Below, one piece after another: positions 61,533 through 64,000 of a stretch of DNA of 64,000 nucleotides. How positions within the stretch are numbered: the stretch's first letter is position 1; every line of letters starts with the position of its first letter. The stretch is from sequence record SRR31156797_416. One strand, 5' to 3'. The notes under the pieces were generated by a model that was not told the DNA's origin, made no database searches, and saw nothing but the letters and a program-made list of their open reading frames with translations. The translations under genes and the position numbers were made by a program.

Positions 61533-61671
61533 CAGTTCAACATTTGCTTTAAGACAGGCCAAGCAGAAAAGCAAGGATATTATTTTAGAAGTTGATATTT
61601 CGGTGCGCCCTGCCGGACGAGGCCTTGATTCAGCAGAAAAAATTTCCAAAGGATGATTAAATTCCGGACCT

Positions 61672-62898
61672 TCAGAAGGTGGTTGCTTTAAATTTCTGAT
61701 TGTTGGGCCGGGTAAAAACCATTTGCACCACATTTATATTCCGGGTGTTGAAGGCAGCCTCACAGTAGCACAGGTAATACTCCCATTTTCGGATAAAGGT
61801 TTCATCAAATCCCAGCGCTTTAATTTTGTCGAGATTATTGAAGAGGTTGTCGTACCAGTGATTCAGTGTTTTTCCATAACTCAGTCCAAATTCACGCAAC
61901 TGCTGCAGGTAAAGATCAGAGACTTTGTTGATTGTTTTATTGATCACGCCAATGGATGGCAGCAATCCGCCCGGGAAAATATGTTTTTGTATCCAATCCA
62001 CACTTTTGCGGTATTCATCATAACGGGAGTCAGGGATAATGATGGCCTGCAGGCCAAGTACGCCATCTGCTTTAAGCAGGTTGTTGATTTTTGAAAAATA
62101 CACCGGAAAATATTTGTGGCCAACGGCTTCTATCATTTCAATAGAAACAACCTTGTCGAATTTCCCTTTTATATTGCGGTAATCTTCCAGCAGGATGTTC
62201 ACGCTGTCCTGTAATTTTTCTTTCATGATCCGTGCACGTGCAAATTCGAACTGCTCTTTCGAAATGGTTACGCCGGTGACCTTGCAGCCATGAGTTCTGG
62301 CAGCATATTCAGCAAATCCACCCCATCCGCAACCAATTTCCAGCACATGGTCACCCTGTGCTATGCCTGTGCTCTGGCAAAGTTGTTTATATTTTTCAGT
62401 TTGTGCCTGTTCCAGCGATTGATCAGGATTTTCAAAAAATGCACTTGAATAGGTCATGCTATTATCCAGAAAATTCCTGAAAAATTCGTTGCTCAGGTCG
62501 TAGTGTTTCGAAATGTTTGATCGGGATCCCCTGATAGAGTTGGGTTTCAGGATGTGAAAAATCCTGTTCGATATTTTGAGTAAGTTCAATGGCGAAAATA
62601 TTCTTTCGGCACCTGACATGGTAGGCATTTGTTCAAGGTTACGGATGAACCAGGAAATGAGGTTGGTCAGGTTGCTGGTATCCCAGCGTTTTTCCATATA
62701 AGCCTCACCAAGACCAACATCGCCATAAAGTACAACCTGCCTGAAAAATGCCGAATCATTTATCGTCATATCAGCTTGGGGGCCACTTCCATGGTCAATA
62801 TTCAGGGTTGATGAATCCGGTAAAGTCAGCCTCAACATACCTGATTGCATTTTATAGAGCATTCGTAAAACCAGCTTTTGATAAACTCCTCCAGACAT
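61672..62898 (-). CDS. Cyclopropane-fatty-acyl-phospholipid synthase family methyltransferase (Cfa/UfaM-like)
   Basis: HYDLSN, MTYSSA, LEIGCGWG, SIEMIEAVG, IFPGG, WEYYL. Confidence 0.9.
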   Translation of the reverse strand: MSGGVYQKLVLRMLYKMQSGMLRLTLPDSSTLNIDHGSGPQADMTINDSAFFRQVVLYGDVGLGEAYMEKRWDTSNLTNLISWFIRNLEQMPTMSGAERIFSPLNLLKISNRIFHILKPNSIRGSRSNISKHYDLSNEFFRNFLDNSMTYSSAFFENPDQSLEQAQTEKYKQLCQSTGIAQGDHVLEIGCGWGGFAEYAARTHGCKVTGVTISKEQFEFARARIMKEKLQDSVNILLEDYRNIKGKFDKVVSIEMIEAVGHKYFPVYFSKINNLLKADGVLGLQAIIIPDSRYDEYRKSVDWIQKHIFPGGLLPSIGVINKTINKVSDLYLQQLREFGLSYGKTLNHWYDNLFNNLDKIKALGFDETFIRKWEYYLCYCEAAFNTRNINVVQMVFTRPNNQKFKATTF

Positions 62899-62936
62899 GA
62901 TTGGTGTTGGTTGTTTAGTGGTTGCTAAAATAATGG

Positions 62937-63725
62937 TTATTCACCATTGGCAAAATACATGTCGCGTTGCATGTCCTTGTTTTCACCTTTTTTATAAAAT
63001 TTTACGCCTTTTAACCAGAGTTTGAGGGCCTGCCAGTGTATCAGTGCAATGATTTGAAATGTGATAAGGGGAAACCTGAGGAAATACCAGGCAAGGTTGA
63101 CGTTCGAAAATTTCTTTTGTTCTCCTTTAAGCACTGCCCTTACAGGCTTCTCACCACCTTTGATATCGTCAACCATAATGCTGAAATCTTTGCCGGGCAG
63201 CCCCACTTTTAATTCGAGTTTGTCATCAGGCCGGGTGAAAGGGGATATGTAGAAATATTTATTATGAAATTCATGGAAAAAGCCATTCTTGAAATTCTTC
63301 AAAAGGTAAAACTTCATATCTCCAAACGTGTTCGAAACTTCTGCAATGGCATATTTAACCGAATTATTTTCATCATAGAGGTAATAAAATGATACAGGGT
63401 TAAATACATATCCAAGGATACGCAAGTTAGTAAGCAACTCAATGCGGGCGGGCGTAAAATCTATATTTTGTGATTCGAGATAATCTTTCAGTTTTTGCTG
63501 GATAGATTGTTTGTTTGATTTGTCCTTTTTCCTGAAATGATCACGATCGTAAATGCCAAACAAATTAAACCTGTTATGACCGATCATGGAGAACTTTTGC
63601 GTTAGCTTATCAATTTCATCCAGATCAATCACAAACATAAATATGCGATAGGCAAAACCGTTGGATTTGGGTTTTTCCCTTTTGTGCGTGACCATGCATT
63701 TGTATAACCTGCTCTTTAGTTCCAT
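62937..63725 (-). CDS. DUF1365 protein (UfaO-like)
   Basis: H.R...F.Y, GYVFNPVSFYY, EVSNTF, FYISPF, IHWQALKLWLKG. Confidence 0.88.
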   Translation of the reverse strand: MELKSRLYKCMVTHKREKPKSNGFAYRIFMFVIDLDEIDKLTQKFSMIGHNRFNLFGIYDRDHFRKKDKSNKQSIQQKLKDYLESQNIDFTPARIELLTNLRILGYVFNPVSFYYLYDENNSVKYAIAEVSNTFGDMKFYLLKNFKNGFFHEFHNKYFYISPFTRPDDKLELKVGLPGKDFSIMVDDIKGGEKPVRAVLKGEQKKFSNVNLAWYFLRFPLITFQIIALIHWQALKLWLKGVKFYKKGENKDMQRDMYFANGE

Positions 63726-64000
63726 AGCCTTTTTCCTGCTAATTTCTCTGCTGCTGCAATCCCTGATTTCAATGCATCCTCATGGAATCCATACCCGAAA
63801 TAGCTTCCGCAAAAATAAATCTGCCCACCATCGTTAAGGGACGGTAGTTCTTTTTGAGCTTTAATGGCTTCCAGGTCAAACACCGGGTGCTCGTACCAGG
63901 TTTCCATAATCACTTTTGTTGGATCAATATTTCCCGGGTCATTCACGGAAAGCATGTAATCTGTTTTTGTTGGCAATCCCTGAAGCATGTTCATATTATA
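63716..64000 (-). CDS. C-terminus of an FAD-dependent oxidoreductase (UfaD-like); 5' part lies outside the window
   Basis: YNMNMLQ, YEHP, FCGSYFGYGFHEDA; overlaps the DUF1365 start. Confidence 0.8.
   Translation of the reverse strand, partial: YNMNMLQGLPTKTDYMLSVNDPGNIDPTKVIMETWYEHPVFDLEAIKAQKELPSLNDGGQIYFCGSYFGYGFHEDALKSGIAAAEKLAGKRLWN

Noticed and set aside
1-64000. Genome-wide TGA reassignment (genetic code 4 or 25) as the explanation for the two in-frame TGAs
   Set aside because: TGA ends several complete genes at natural C-termini (4650, 16390, 31658, 32343, 33179, 61672), and Trp is encoded by TGG throughout.
1-64000. CRISPR arrays, IS elements, prophage, rRNA or tRNA (including tRNA-Sec)
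   Set aside because: None recognised by eye; the long repeats present are protein-domain repeats.

Overview
Bacteroidota (Bacteroidales-like) chromosomal region. Support: TAnnTTTG promoters, T9SS C-terminal domains, a T9SS plug gene and the nqr operon. Bases 1-31.7 kb hold the downstream part of a large beta-1,3-glucan (laminarin-type) utilisation locus. It encodes glycan-binding lipoproteins, three GH16s, a GH149-type phosphorylase, GH17, GH30, a clan GH-A enzyme, three MFS transporters, domain-shuffled multimodular exported proteins and a GH81. The rest of the window carries blaI-TPR-M56/TonB with a tandem palindromic operator, envelope and housekeeping genes, nqrA-F, an ABC exporter, a stand-alone CarH-type B12-binding protein paired with a histidine kinase, and a ufaM/ufaO/ufaD-like lipid-modification cluster. 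Main finding: two adjacent ORFs at 43489-44790 are one reading frame broken by an in-frame TGA. The TGA sits at the first Cys of a thioredoxin-fold CxxC motif (U-P-S-C) and is followed 11 nt later by a SECIS-like hairpin, giving a candidate T9SS-secreted selenoprotein. A second in-frame TGA (22603-22605) separates a GH16 domain from a 1332-aa modular protein. Family assignments come from motif recognition only; no searches were run.
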